Of a stretch of DNA of 61,376 bases, positions 28,689-39,070 are shown piece by piece. The translations under genes and the position numbers were made by a program. Location: positions 1 to 61,376 of the forward strand of contig JBBQNE010000001.1 in assembly GCA_038329675.1 (NCBI GenBank). Direction: 5' to 3'. Source of the stretch: Hyphomicrobiales bacterium (GTDB lineage: Bacteria; Pseudomonadota; Alphaproteobacteria; Rhizobiales; Hyphomicrobiaceae). Each line of letters opens with the position of its first letter. Within the stretch, counting starts at the first letter, position 1. The notes under the pieces were generated by a model. It ran no database searches, had not been told where the DNA came from, and saw nothing but the letters and a program-made list of their open reading frames with translations.

Positions 28689-30113
28689 ATGCCGAACGAT
28701 ACGATCTTCGCCCTGGCAACGCCGCCTGGTCGCTCGGCCATCGCGGTAATCCGGATATCGGGACCAGCGACGTCGGCTGCCGTTCACGCCTTAACACCGG
28801 CACGCTTGGAGCCCCGACGCGCAAGTGTCCGCCGCTTAACTGACCCCGACACCAACGCGCTTCTTGACGAAGCCGTTGTTATTTTCTTCCCCGGACCATG
28901 GTCGCAAACGGGAGAGGATACAGCCGAGCTACAGCTCCACGGCGGGAAGGCTGTTGTCCGCGCGGTCCTCCACGCGATGTCGCAACGACCAGGCTTAAGG
29001 CCCGCCGAACCCGGAGAGTTCGCCCGGCGCGCGTTGGAAAATGGTAAGCTCGACCTCGCGCAAGTGGAAGGCTTGGCCGACCTGATCGAAGCGGAAACCG
29101 ACGCGCAGCGGCTCCAGGCGATGGCGGAAGCAACGGGAGTTAACTCCGCGATCTATGAAAGTTGGCGTGGTGACGCTCTGTCAGCTCTTGCCCTGGTCAG
29201 CGCCGCAATCGATTTTACCGATGAGGCCGACGTGGCAGACGATGCGGTCAACCAAGCCGAGGTCGTCGCCCGGCGGTTAAGCGTCACGCTGAGCGCAGCT
29301 CGTGCAGATCAGCACCGCGGTGAAATCCTGAGAGACGGCTTTCGCGTCGTCCTCGCCGGGGCGCCAAATGCGGGTAAGTCGAGTTTGCTCAATGCGCTCG
29401 CCCGGCGCGACGCTGCGATCGTCTCCGATGAAGCGGGAACGACGCGCGACACCATCGAAGTGCGGCTCGATCTCGACGGCTGGCCTGTCGTCATCACCGA
29501 TACCGCTGGCATTCGCGAAACGGTATCCAACGTCGAACGTGAAGGCGTCAGGCGAACGATCGCGGCAGCAAAACGCGCTAATCTTGTCCTTTGGCTCATC
29601 GAGCCTGGCGGGCCATCCAATTTATCAGATGAGTTGTGCCTAACGTCCAGTCCAATCATCCCGGTGGAAACCAAAGCCGATCTCATCCAAAACGCAGATC
29701 GCCAGAACGCAAGAGATCACCGCGAACAGTTTCCAGCTGACGGGTCACTGGTCGAGATCGCGGCCGACGTGAACTTGGCTCCCGCGACTGCTGGATCAAG
29801 GAGGCCTGCGGTGCGGATTTCCACCCAAACCGGTGAAGGGTTGGATGGCCTCACCGCCATGCTCTCAAGCTATGCCAAGGACGCGACAGGACGTCCGGGA
29901 GACGCTGTAATCTCGCGCCTGCGTCACGGTCGGGAAATCGATGAGGCGACCGGCGCTTTAGCAGCATTTCTGGACGGCACGAAGGATGAAGCCTTGGAGG
30001 TCCGCGCCGAGCATCTCCGCCGCGCGGCGTCTCACATTGGACGGCTCACGGCACGAATCGGCACCGAGGATGTCCTGGGAGAAATTTTCAGCCGGTTCTG
30101 CATCGGCAAGTGA
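28689..30113 (+). CDS. mnmE: tRNA modification GTPase MnmE
   Basis: DTIFALATPPG.SAIAVIRISG, G-domain GAPNAGKSSLLNAL and DTAGIRE, C-terminal FCIGK. ATG 28689 chosen. Confidence 0.9.
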   Translation: MPNDTIFALATPPGRSAIAVIRISGPATSAAVHALTPARLEPRRASVRRLTDPDTNALLDEAVVIFFPGPWSQTGEDTAELQLHGGKAVVRAVLHAMSQRPGLRPAEPGEFARRALENGKLDLAQVEGLADLIEAETDAQRLQAMAEATGVNSAIYESWRGDALSALALVSAAIDFTDEADVADDAVNQAEVVARRLSVTLSAARADQHRGEILRDGFRVVLAGAPNAGKSSLLNALARRDAAIVSDEAGTTRDTIEVRLDLDGWPVVITDTAGIRETVSNVEREGVRRTIAAAKRANLVLWLIEPGGPSNLSDELCLTSSPIIPVETKADLIQNADRQNARDHREQFPADGSLVEIAADVNLAPATAGSRRPAVRISTQTGEGLDGLTAMLSSYAKDATGRPGDAVISRLRHGREIDEATGALAAFLDGTKDEALEVRAEHLRRAASHIGRLTARIGTEDVLGEIFSRFCIGK

Positions 30114-30132
30114 AAAGCGCGCCCGAAAGCTG

Positions 30133-30148
30133 TTGATTCACGTGAAAC
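30133..30148. promoter_or_regulatory. parS centromere-like site
   Basis: TGATTCACGTGAAACA matches 15 of 16 positions of the parS consensus. Lies in the mnmE-mnmG spacer. Confidence 0.8.
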
Positions 30149-30182
30149 ACCTGGGAGCATCTAAGGCAGGCTATCTTGACAA

Positions 30183-30198
30183 TGATTCACGTGAAACA
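30183..30198. promoter_or_regulatory. parS centromere-like site
   Basis: TGATTCACGTGAAACA, identical to the site 50 bp upstream. Confidence 0.8.
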
Positions 30199-30384
30199 AT
30201 TTGCCGAAGCGGTCGCGGTTCCCGCCACGGGCTTCCCACGGGGTTCCGCCGTGACATACGATTGGCTTGAACCGGATCACGCCAGCAATCATAGCGTTAT
30301 GTTCGACCGGCTTAGTCGTTGAGCGATGCTTTGCTACCTTACAAACCCGGTGTAAAGCGCTGACGACTGGGCCCAAATTACGTA

Positions 30385-30413
30385 TCCCACGTCCCCACGT
30401 CCCACGTCCCACG
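30385..30413. repeat. heptamer microsatellite (TCCCACG)x4
   Basis: tcccacg tccccacg tcccacg tcccacg, ending 19 nt upstream of the mnmG ATG. Confidence 0.85.
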
Positions 30414-30432
30414 GCTCGAGGTTCATTTCGCC

Positions 30433-32430
30433 ATGTCCGGCCACACAGTATCGTCGATGGGAATGCGCTACGACGTGATCGTCGTCGGTGGCGGCCATGC
30501 TGGCTGTGAAGCCGCAGCCGTCGCGGCGCGAATGGGTGCCCGGACGGCGCTCGTAACGCACCAAGCCGCAACCATTGGCGAGTTGTCATGTAACCCCGCC
30601 ATTGGCGGGCTCGGCAAAGGGCATCTCGTGCGCGAGATCGATGCGCTCGATGGCCTAATGGGGCGCGTAGCCGACGCGAGCGGTATCCAATTCCGCTTGC
30701 TCAATCGGTCGAAGGGTCCAGCGGTCCAGGGGCCGCGGGCACAGGTCGATCGAACGCTGTACCGTCAAGCGATGCAGCAAGCGATTGCTGAAACCGCCAA
30801 CCTGACGATCATTGAGGCAGGGGTTGATGATCTGATCGTTGAGCATGGTCCCGCGCTTAGCCCCCAACGCGTTGCCGGCGTTGTAACCGCTGACGGGCAG
30901 GAGATTCGCGCGGCCGCCGTGGTGTTGACCACCGGCACGTTCTTGAATGGGTTAATCCATCGCGGTCTCGAAACCGAAGCAGCCGGGCGCCATGGTGAGC
31001 CACCGGCCCGCCGCCTGTCAGAGCGGCTCCGAGCCTTAAGCCTTGCCGTTGGCCGCCTCAAAACCGGAACGCCCGCGCGCCTGTTGCGCTCATCAATCCG
31101 CTGGGACGATCTCGAACAACAGCCAGCCGACGATCCGCCGGTCCCGTTTTCGTCGATGACGCGCCAAATCACAGTCCCGCAAGTCACATGCGCGATCACG
31201 CACACGACGTCGGCGACGCATGACATCATCCGCGCCAACCTGGATAAATCGCCGATGTATTCGGGCGCGATTACATCAACTGGACCCCGTTACTGCCCCT
31301 CAATCGAAGATAAGGTCGTGCGGTTCGCTAGCCGCTCCGGGCATCAAGTCTTTTTGGAGCCAGAAGGCCTCGACGATGACACGGTCTACCCAAACGGCGT
31401 GTCGACATCGCTGCCAGCCGACGTGCAACTGGCCTTCTTGCGAACAATGCCCGGGCTCGAAAACGTCATCATAAAGCGGCCGGGCTATGCGATCGAGTAC
31501 GATTACGTGGACCCGCGCGAGCTGAAGCCGACGTTAGAAGTGAAACGGATGCCTGGGCTCTATTTGGCGGGACAAATCAACGGCACGACGGGCTATGAAG
31601 AGGCTGCGGCCCAGGGGCTCGCCGCTGGAATAAACGCGGCACAAGCAGCAGGCGCATCGACCAGCGCGTCCACCAGCGGATCATCCGCCGAAGGGCCAGC
31701 TTCGACGTCCCAATCGCCATTCGTCGTATCGCGAGCTGACGGCTACATTGGCGTGATGATCGATGATCTCGTTTCGCATGGCGTCAGCGAGCCCTACCGG
31801 ATGTTCACGTCGCGTGCGGAGTTCCGCTTACGATTGCGCGCCGATAACGCAGATCGCCGCCTGACCCCGATGGGCATCGCGCTCGGATGCGTCGGCCGCG
31901 ATCGCCAACTCGCCTTCGAAGCACGACGTCACGCCCTAGCAGCGGCTAATAAGCGGTTGAAAGAATTGACGATTACGCCCTCGGAGGTCGCCCGCCTCGG
32001 CATTCCAATCAACCAAGATGGCCGCCGTCGGTCGGCGTTCGAGCTAATGGCATTCAAGCAGGTCGGCTTGAGCGAAATCCTGCGCATTTGGCCCGAACTC
32101 GCTATGCTCGAGCCGTCGATTGCAGCAGAGATCGAAATCGACGCAAAATATGCGCCCTACGTCGACCAACAAGCTGCCGACGTTGAAGCCCTGCGCAACG
32201 AGGAAGCAACGCTCATCCCGTTCAATTTCGCCTACGACGGATTACCTAGCCTGTCCGCCGAAGTTCGCCAAAAACTCCAACGTATTCAACCAAGTACGTT
32301 GGCCGAAGCGGGGCGTATTGAAGGCATAACGCCAGCCGCACTTCTGGTCCTTCGGGCTGCCATCCATCGAGGTATCGGTAAAGCTCCGAGCGCGACGTCC
32401 ACCCAACACGTGCGGCGTGTCAGGGGTTGA
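30433..32430 (+). CDS. mnmG: tRNA uridine 5-carboxymethylaminomethyl modification enzyme MnmG (GidA)
   Basis: [51 protein letters not shown] 30463 is an alternative start. Confidence 0.95.
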   Translation: MSGHTVSSMGMRYDVIVVGGGHAGCEAAAVAARMGARTALVTHQAATIGELSCNPAIGGLGKGHLVREIDALDGLMGRVADASGIQFRLLNRSKGPAVQGPRAQVDRTLYRQAMQQAIAETANLTIIEAGVDDLIVEHGPALSPQRVAGVVTADGQEIRAAAVVLTTGTFLNGLIHRGLETEAAGRHGEPPARRLSERLRALSLAVGRLKTGTPARLLRSSIRWDDLEQQPADDPPVPFSSMTRQITVPQVTCAITHTTSATHDIIRANLDKSPMYSGAITSTGPRYCPSIEDKVVRFASRSGHQVFLEPEGLDDDTVYPNGVSTSLPADVQLAFLRTMPGLENVIIKRPGYAIEYDYVDPRELKPTLEVKRMPGLYLAGQINGTTGYEEAAAQGLAAGINAAQAAGASTSASTSGSSAEGPASTSQSPFVVSRADGYIGVMIDDLVSHGVSEPYRMFTSRAEFRLRLRADNADRRLTPMGIALGCVGRDRQLAFEARRHALAAANKRLKELTITPSEVARLGIPINQDGRRRSAFELMAFKQVGLSEILRIWPELAMLEPSIAAEIEIDAKYAPYVDQQAADVEALRNEEATLIPFNFAYDGLPSLSAEVRQKLQRIQPSTLAEAGRIEGITPAALLVLRAAIHRGIGKAPSATSTQHVRRVRG

Positions 32431-33149
32431 GCAACGCCCATACAACGCAGATTGCGATCACGACTGCGGCCGGTTTCATGGAACATTTCGGGGTTTCACG
32501 TGAAACCGGGGCGCGACTTCAGATTTACGCAGACGAACTCGCGCGTTGGCAAAAAACGATTAATCTCGTTGCACCGAGCACGCTGCCCGACATGTGGCAG
32601 CGGCATTTCGCCGACTCCGCGCAAGTCGTCGCGATTGCCCTGCGCAGAATGGTCGATCCGGGCGCGCCCGGTTCGTCAAAAGACAGGCCCTGGACATGGG
32701 TGGATCTCGGCAGCGGTGGCGGATTTCCAGGCCTCGTCGCCGCCATTATGCTGTCACCTGAACTCATAACTAAATTTGAGCGCCTGACGCGCGTAACGTT
32801 GGTCGAGAGCGACAGCCGGAAAGCTGCATTTCTGCGCAACGTCGCCCGGTTGACGGGTACGCCTGTGGATATCTTGTGCGAACGCGCTGAACAGGCCGCG
32901 ACTCGCACTAACCTTGGCTCAGCTGATTTTATCTCTGCCCGTGCCCTAGCGCCACTGACGCGGCTCTTCGAATGGTCAGCGCCGTTCGTAGCGCCTGGCA
33001 CAGTGCTGCTGCTACCGAAAGGCCGCGATCTCGTCGTCGAGTTACAAGGTGCTGAAAAGCAATGGAAATTCGACTGCGAGCTGGTGCCAAGTATAACCGA
33101 CCCAGAGGCGCGGATTGCCGTTGTGACGCGGTTGGCGCGACGCCGGTGA
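32427..33149 (+). CDS. rsmG: 16S rRNA m7G527 methyltransferase RsmG (GidB)
   Basis: VSRET motif and SAM site [13 protein letters not shown]. The TTG start overlaps the mnmG stop; ATG 32478 is an alternative. Confidence 0.85.
   Translation: MSNAHTTQIAITTAAGFMEHFGVSRETGARLQIYADELARWQKTINLVAPSTLPDMWQRHFADSAQVVAIALRRMVDPGAPGSSKDRPWTWVDLGSGGGFPGLVAAIMLSPELITKFERLTRVTLVESDSRKAAFLRNVARLTGTPVDILCERAEQAATRTNLGSADFISARALAPLTRLFEWSAPFVAPGTVLLLPKGRDLVVELQGAEKQWKFDCELVPSITDPEARIAVVTRLARRR
32492..32507. promoter_or_regulatory. parS-like site inside rsmG coding sequence
   Basis: GGTTTCACGTGAAACC: a perfect 16-bp palindrome whose central 14 bp match parS. It encodes the conserved VSRET. Confidence 0.6.
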
Positions 33150-33213
33150 TACGGCATAGAGGCCAACCGAACAGTCGGCGGACCGGATCAATAGTCAACG
33201 GCGGAGTGCAGAA

Positions 33214-34077
33214 ATGACGAGTGGTCCCTTGACCGGCCCGCCTCCGCTAACCCGCTCGCAGGCGCTAGGCGGCGGTCCGCGTGTGTTCGCCATCGTCAAC
33301 CAAAAAGGCGGCGTCGGCAAAACAACGACGGCAATCAATCTCGGGACCGCGTTGGCAGCGGTGGGCGAGCGCGTGTTAGTCATTGATCTCGACGCTCAAG
33401 GTAACGCTTCGACGGGCTTAGGCGTGCCGCCCGATCAGCGGGCCCGGACGAGCTATGATGTGCTCGTTGGCGGCGTGGCGCTAACAGAGGCGGCCGTCCT
33501 AACAGCCGTTCCCGACCTGCATCTGGTGCCGGCAAACGCTGATTTGGTCGGCATTGACGCCCACATGGGGAGCGACGCCAATCGGTTCTATAAAATGCGC
33601 GACGCCGTGCGGATGCTGGCAGCGGCCGGCCGCGCCAATCCCGCCAAGTCATATAGCTACGTGCTGATCGACTGCCCGCCGTCGTTATCGCTGATGACGC
33701 TCAACGCCATGACAGCGGCCGATGCCCTGCTGGTTCCAGTGCAGTGCGAGTTTTTCGCGCTCGAAGGCATCTCGCAGCTCAAAGATACCGTCGACCAGAT
33801 CCGAACGACGCTCAATCCCGCGCTCGAGATCCAGGGCGTTGTGCTGACCATGCATGACGCCCGCACATCGTTGTCGCGCGAGGTCGCCGATAACGTTCGA
33901 GCGTTCTTCGGGGCCAAGGTCTACGAGACGATGATCCCGCGCAACACGCGGGTCGCAGAGGCACCATCCCACGGCAAACCGCTGTTGCTCTATGATTACG
34001 ATTGTTCGGGCAGCCAAGCATACATCCGGCTGGCGACCGAAATCATCCAGCGTGAACGCCAGTCCAAGGCGGCCTAA
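33214..34077 (+). CDS. parA: chromosome partitioning ATPase ParA
   Basis: Deviant Walker A AIVNQKGGVGKTTTAINL, with LIDCPPSL. Confidence 0.9.
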   Translation: MTSGPLTGPPPLTRSQALGGGPRVFAIVNQKGGVGKTTTAINLGTALAAVGERVLVIDLDAQGNASTGLGVPPDQRARTSYDVLVGGVALTEAAVLTAVPDLHLVPANADLVGIDAHMGSDANRFYKMRDAVRMLAAAGRANPAKSYSYVLIDCPPSLSLMTLNAMTAADALLVPVQCEFFALEGISQLKDTVDQIRTTLNPALEIQGVVLTMHDARTSLSREVADNVRAFFGAKVYETMIPRNTRVAEAPSHGKPLLLYDYDCSGSQAYIRLATEIIQRERQSKAA

Positions 34078-34139
34078 GACGAGCCCATGTGTTCATTATC
34101 CTTGAACGAAAAATACGCGCGCAGACAAGAGGTTAAGCA

Positions 34140-35120
34140 ATGAACGTCCCCCTGCAGCGTAGCCGCCTCGGGCGCGGATTAGCCTCCCTCATCGGCGACA
34201 TTCCCCCAGCCACGCCGTCCCGCGACCAAAATCCGTCGGCCGAAACCGCGATCCAAACGCCAATCGGGCCAAGTTCAGGCATCGTCCAAATGCCGGGCGC
34301 CCGGTTGCCCGTCCACGGCGAGCAGCGCGTGGTGCCAATTGAGCAATTGCGCGGTGGGTCGCTGAACCCCCGTCGGGACTTTAACGACGACGACCTGCTT
34401 GAACTCGCCGACAGCATTCGGTCAAAAGGCCTCGTCCAGCCGATCATCGCGCGACCAGACCCGTCGCCGATCAACGGCAGCCTTTACGAGATTGTCGCGG
34501 GCGAGCGTCGCTGGCGCGCCGCGCAGTTGGCGGGCCTCCACGTTCTTCCAGTGATCGTGCGTGATCTCGACGACCGCGACGTGCTCGAAATCGCAATCAT
34601 TGAGAACGTCCAGCGCGCCGATCTGAACGCGGTTGAGGAAGCGTCGGGCTACCGTGAGTTGATCGAACGATATGGCTATAGCCAGGAACAACTCTCGGAA
34701 ATAATTGGAAAAAGCAGGAGCCATGTCGCCAACACGTTGCGCCTGTTAAAGTTGCCAGAGGCGATACAGGCGATGCTGCAGAGCGGCGAGTTGACGCCCG
34801 GGCATGCCCGCGCGCTGGTGGGCCGTGATGACGCCGAAGATATCGCGCGTCGCATCATTGCTGAAGGTCTGAACGTTCGCGAAGTTGAAGCCCTTGTTCA
34901 AGGCCCATCAGGCGGCCCGATCGGCCAGCCAGGTGCAACGGGCCGAAAGCCGCGCGATAAAGACCCAGACACCAAGGCCTTTGAGAAGGATTTGGCAGAC
35001 CAACTGGGCCTAAAAGTCGAAATCAAAAAGGGCGCAGGCGAAACCGGTCAGCTCTCGATCCGCTACGGCAGCTTCGACCAACTTGACTACATCCGGCAGC
35101 GGCTTACCGGCGGCAGCTGA
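34140..35120 (+). CDS. parB: chromosome partitioning protein ParB
   Basis: ParB boxes GLVQPIIAR and IVAGERRWRAA, plus the HTH YSQEQLSEIIGKSRSHVANTLRLLKL. Confidence 0.9.
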   Translation: MNVPLQRSRLGRGLASLIGDIPPATPSRDQNPSAETAIQTPIGPSSGIVQMPGARLPVHGEQRVVPIEQLRGGSLNPRRDFNDDDLLELADSIRSKGLVQPIIARPDPSPINGSLYEIVAGERRWRAAQLAGLHVLPVIVRDLDDRDVLEIAIIENVQRADLNAVEEASGYRELIERYGYSQEQLSEIIGKSRSHVANTLRLLKLPEAIQAMLQSGELTPGHARALVGRDDAEDIARRIIAEGLNVREVEALVQGPSGGPIGQPGATGRKPRDKDPDTKAFEKDLADQLGLKVEIKKGAGETGQLSIRYGSFDQLDYIRQRLTGGS

Positions 35121-35196
35121 GTGGTCGAGCGGCACTGTGTGAGGCAATTCGACGGCCGCCGATCAAGCTCCAACGGACAGCCGACACACCGGCCTC

Positions 35197-35832
35197 TCAG
35201 CTGATCTCGGCATAGCGCCCGGTAACGCGGCCAAGGATTGTCGTGATTTCGCCCGGTGTTTTGGACGGATAGCGGACATCGTCAACGTACCTGCGGTGCG
35301 TCGATGGCGCGACAAGCTTAAAGCCATCACCCTGCGAGATTGCGGTCCGGATCGACATTTCGACGAGGTCTCCGCGCTGCCGTTCGATCAGATAGTGCCG
35401 ACCCGCTTCCAGGCCGTCAGACGGCGTGATGATCGCAAATTCTCCAATTCCAATAAGTTTGTCGGCGCTCTCGTCGGTTACTCTAACAATGCGTTGCACG
35501 TCGGACTCCGCGCCTAGGAATGACATGTCCAATATAATGTTCTTTTTTCGTTCGTCTATGTTCCTGTCTCTCCAAACCCCAATACCAACTTCGTTTAGCG
35601 CAGATGTGACCGGGCTGCCGGGTACACCCGCGCGACCCAGCAATTCGTTTGGATGCACCCCATAGGCTTTAGCGTATCGCCGGGCAGCCTCAACAGGTAT
35701 TCCGCGGTTGCCATTTTCATGGCTGCGGTACGTCGTTTCGTGCCACCCGTGGGACCGGGCAGCATCGGTGGCCGTTGAGAACTTGTGCTGAATGCGGAGC
35801 TGTTTCAGCCGGGCGGACGGGCTCGTGATCAT
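35197..35832 (-). CDS. XRE-family HTH protein with C-terminal LexA/cI (S24)-like domain
   Basis: N-terminal HTH LKQLRIQHKFSTATDAAR...YRSHENGNRGIP, and a C-terminal beta-rich S24-like region (VTDESADKLIGIGEFAII...LVEMSIR). ORF trimmed to the ATG at 35832. Confidence 0.6.
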   Translation of the reverse strand: MITSPSARLKQLRIQHKFSTATDAARSHGWHETTYRSHENGNRGIPVEAARRYAKAYGVHPNELLGRAGVPGSPVTSALNEVGIGVWRDRNIDERKKNIILDMSFLGAESDVQRIVRVTDESADKLIGIGEFAIITPSDGLEAGRHYLIERQRGDLVEMSIRTAISQGDGFKLVAPSTHRRYVDDVRYPSKTPGEITTILGRVTGRYAEIS

Positions 35833-35952
35833 ACATGGGGTGATTACCACCTTCGGTGATACGGATCGAACCGTTGAGGCAATACAAAACGAATCGAATA
35901 TGAAAACGAGCCCGCTTCCCACCGTTGCTAAACTGCATTAGTCACGCCGATT

Positions 35953-36342
35953 ATGACCGATGTGCTGTCCTCACTTGCCGTCCTCATTCGCCAGCGCCGA
36001 GCGGCGGCGACGCCGTTTGGCTCAGCCCCGCCGTCCTACACCCGCGAACTGTTGGATGCCGGGCCCGACCATTGCGCGCGCAAGTTCGGGGAAGAGGCAT
36101 TGGAGGTCGTGCTTGCGGCGCTGGCCGGCGCAACGGGGCCAACCGGAGACGGTAAGCATGCCCGCAAACCACTATCGAAAGTCGAGAAAGACGCGCTGAC
36201 ATCTGAAGCTGCAGATGTGCTTTATCATTTGCTCGTACTTCTTGAGAGCCGGGATGTGCCATGGGACGACGTGACGGCAAGGTTGGCCAGTCGGTTGGGC
36301 ACATCGGGTGTGGCAGAGAAGGCGTCGCGTACCGCCAAGTGA
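35953..36342 (+). CDS. hisE: phosphoribosyl-ATP pyrophosphatase
   Basis: [10 protein letters not shown]...KFGEEALEV and [13 protein letters not shown], with an extra internal segment compared with typical HisE. Confidence 0.75.
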   Translation: MTDVLSSLAVLIRQRRAAATPFGSAPPSYTRELLDAGPDHCARKFGEEALEVVLAALAGATGPTGDGKHARKPLSKVEKDALTSEAADVLYHLLVLLESRDVPWDDVTARLASRLGTSGVAEKASRTAK

Positions 36343-36442
36343 TGCGTCAGGCAAAACGCGTTATCAGCGGCGCACAACGGCAAGCGATCGCCCATTTGAG
36401 TGGCCCAGCGATCGCCAGCGCGTGGCCACGGACCACGATCAC

Positions 36443-37453
36443 GTGACGCCGCCAGCGCCATCCAAGCGCCACCCATTAATCGCGCGCGCAGATAAGTCGC
36501 TGTCTTCGTCGGTTCAGCTTGGCTTTTCGCCCTATCGCACCTTCACCCGGCCAGAATGGGCGCGACTGCGCGCCGACACGCCGATGACCCTAACGGCCAA
36601 TGAACTCGACGAGTTGTCGGGCGTCATCGAAGAGCTGTCCGCCGCCGACGTCGAAGAAATCTATTTGCCACTGTCGCGCCTGTTGAACCTCTACGTCGCC
36701 GCCGCCCAAGAGCTGCATGCGGTGTCATCAAAGTTTCTTGGCCACGGTGATGGCAAAGTGCCGTTTATCATCGGCGTGGCGGGCTCGGTCGCCGCTGGCA
36801 AAAGCACAACCGCTCGGGTGCTGCGCGCGCTGCTGGCCCGCTGGCCAAATACGCCAAAGGTCGATTTGTTGACGACGGATGGGTTTTTATACCCCAACGG
36901 TGAACTCGAACGCCGCGGGCTGATGACACGCAAGGGGTTTCCAGAAAGCTTCGATGGCGCGCGGCTGTTAAAATTCATGGCCGAGGTCAAAAGCGGCCGC
37001 GGCATGGTCGAGGCCCCGGTCTACTCGCACTTTAGCTACGACATCGTGCCCGGCCGGTATTTTCGCACCGGCAACCCGGATATTCTCATCGTTGAGGGGT
37101 TGAACGTTCTCCAGCCTGCACGCCTACCCAAAGACGGCGAGGCAATCCCATTCGTCTCAGATTTCTTTGATTTTTCGATCTATATTGATGCCGCGCCACA
37201 ACACCTTGAGACTTGGTACGTCGAGCGCTTCATGCGGCTTCGATCGACGGCGTTTCGCGATCCGCGTGCCTATTTTCATCGCTATTCGATGCTCTCGGAC
37301 GATGAAGCGCGTGAAACCGCCATCAACATTTGGCGCTCGATCAATCTCAAAAACCTTGAAGAAAATATTCTGCCGACCCGTCGCCGGGCAAGCTTGATCC
37401 TGGAAAAAAGTGCCGATCATCGAGTCACGACGGTATCGCTCCGTAAACTGTGA
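36443..37453 (+). CDS. coaA: type I pantothenate kinase
   Basis: [13 protein letters not shown]...[17 protein letters not shown] and the P-loop [17 protein letters not shown] parallel E. coli CoaA. The start is uncertain: the ORF opens at 36308 and overlaps hisE, so GTG 36443 was chosen. Confidence 0.8.
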   Translation: MTPPAPSKRHPLIARADKSLSSSVQLGFSPYRTFTRPEWARLRADTPMTLTANELDELSGVIEELSAADVEEIYLPLSRLLNLYVAAAQELHAVSSKFLGHGDGKVPFIIGVAGSVAAGKSTTARVLRALLARWPNTPKVDLLTTDGFLYPNGELERRGLMTRKGFPESFDGARLLKFMAEVKSGRGMVEAPVYSHFSYDIVPGRYFRTGNPDILIVEGLNVLQPARLPKDGEAIPFVSDFFDFSIYIDAAPQHLETWYVERFMRLRSTAFRDPRAYFHRYSMLSDDEARETAINIWRSINLKNLEENILPTRRRASLILEKSADHRVTTVSLRKL

Positions 37454-37523
37454 CATGAACCGCCCCTTCGGGTAGAACCCGACGAGAGCAGGGAACCCGT
37501 TTTGCATATCCCAGGGGTGGAGC

Positions 37524-38726
37524 ATGTCTGCACAAACGCGCGCCGTGGCCGCTATCATATTCGCCGTGCTTGGCGTGTCGTTCCTCGTCACGACAGCAAC
37601 GCTCTACTCGGAGTTTCGTGATCACGACTGGTTTACGCTCGCGACGCTCTACAGCCATCTCTTTATCTTCTTCCCGACGTTTGGCATTTTGGCGTTGTGC
37701 GCCTTCTACGTTCCAGCCTGCGCGCTCGTCGACCTGTACTGGAATCAGCCAGAGTATGTGCGATGGGGTCGCGCCCGTTTCACATTCGGTGCCGTTGTCC
37801 TGATTTTGATGTCAGTGATGATCTCGCGCGCGCTGGTCGGCGGCGACCTGCCAGCAATCTGGTGGTTGAAACCACAAACGCTAGCAGCCGACATCGGCGA
37901 CCCGGCGAATTGCGTTGCGAACCCGGTCGCTGGTCAAACGCAGTGCCTCCGCCACCCGATTATGGACAGCGTGGCGGAAGTGCGCGCCAAATCGAAAATC
38001 CGCAACGGATTGTCCGTGCTCGTTCGCCGCTGTGATCCCGATCCGCTGATCGAAACACCGCAGGACATGGCCGAGCGCCGCTATTGCTTCGTCACCAAAA
38101 CCAAGCTGACGGCTGCCCAATGTTGTGATGCCCAGACGAGGTTCTCCGTGGCGCTCACGCAGTTTTATGCCAGCGAGCAAACCCACTCCGTGACCGGCCT
38201 CGTCCACGCTGCATTATTGCCGTTCAAGGTCTTTTTCCTGCTGATGATCCTGGCGATTGGATTGCTGCTGGCGATGTGGCGGCGCACGATTGATAAACTC
38301 TACGGCGATCACACTGGCCGGATCGAACGCGGGATCTTGATTGGCGCCTTCGCAATGCTGCTATGGCCGATCTCGAACCAGGGCTTTTTGCAGTCTTCAA
38401 GCCTGCTCTATGGCAAATACGGCGAGGGCTTTTACTCGACGCTATCGCCGATTATGAGCGGATCATTCCTGATCTGGGCGCTGTTGCTCGTGCTGTTCTT
38501 TTTTCGTCGCGAACAGCGCGACTTGGAAGCTGCGGGCAAGATCGGCGGCGGCATTGCCTCGCTAGTGTTTGCCCTCAAATACCAAGAGATCATCGACTAT
38601 GCGACGCGCTTCCTCGGCTCTGGCGCCGATCCAGCCGAACTCGCAGTCCTTGGCGCTCTATTGATTGCAGGGCTCGTATTTTTGTCGGTCACGGCCGCCA
38701 AGCCCGTACCCGACCCCGAGGCATGA
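37524..38726 (+). CDS. hypothetical polytopic membrane protein (400 aa)
   Basis: Multiple hydrophobic helices with a Cys-containing central loop (about residues 115-195). No family recognised. Confidence 0.5.
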   Translation: MSAQTRAVAAIIFAVLGVSFLVTTATLYSEFRDHDWFTLATLYSHLFIFFPTFGILALCAFYVPACALVDLYWNQPEYVRWGRARFTFGAVVLILMSVMISRALVGGDLPAIWWLKPQTLAADIGDPANCVANPVAGQTQCLRHPIMDSVAEVRAKSKIRNGLSVLVRRCDPDPLIETPQDMAERRYCFVTKTKLTAAQCCDAQTRFSVALTQFYASEQTHSVTGLVHAALLPFKVFFLLMILAIGLLLAMWRRTIDKLYGDHTGRIERGILIGAFAMLLWPISNQGFLQSSSLLYGKYGEGFYSTLSPIMSGSFLIWALLLVLFFFRREQRDLEAAGKIGGGIASLVFALKYQEIIDYATRFLGSGADPAELAVLGALLIAGLVFLSVTAAKPVPDPEA

Positions 38727-38756
38727 TCCCCGCAGCCGTGGCTCGTCGTCCGTCGA

Positions 38757-38788
38757 ATAAAAAAGAGGCCGCTTTGGGGGCGGCCTCC
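38757..38788 (-). terminator. intrinsic terminator (canonical on the minus strand, possibly bidirectional)
   Basis: gaggccgc/gcggcctc stem (38765..38772 and 38780..38787), followed by TTTTTTATT on the minus strand. Confidence 0.5.
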
Positions 38789-39070
38789 AGGTTCAATGGA
38801 CGTCGTCGCTATCCCGTTTCGCCAGCAAATTGCGAACGATCGGTTTGGCGATACGCAAGAGGGTCACAAGCATGACGCGCTAAAGGCGAACGAGGTGTTG
38901 ACGCACGGTATTGGCATGCACGCCACAGAACTTTTAAAATCGAAATCCGTTCAATCGAAACGTTGAATAACTGCGACCAACGCGACAGCGACACACGGCA
39001 AACCACCCGGCCGGTCTCCGCGCCACCTGCAGGGCCCTGGCAGGTCGCAACGGATCAGCCGACCGGAGAA

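Noticed and set aside
29986-30270. ORF spanning the mnmE-mnmG spacer whose translation contains DSRET, echoing the RsmG VSRET motif.
   Set aside because: The resemblance arises only because the parS palindrome happens to encode xSRET. The ORF overlaps the mnmE 3' end and has no other protein-like features.
31645-31715. Ala/Ser/Thr-rich insertion ([22 protein letters not shown]) in MnmG relative to E. coli.
   Set aside because: It is only about 11-14 residues longer in a loop region that I believe is variable. The DNA repeat is imperfect, so it does not merit a separate finding.
36436-36451. CACGTG-containing sequence ACGATCACGTGACGCC as another parS.
   Set aside because: Only the central hexamer matches. 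The arms do not match the parS consensus.
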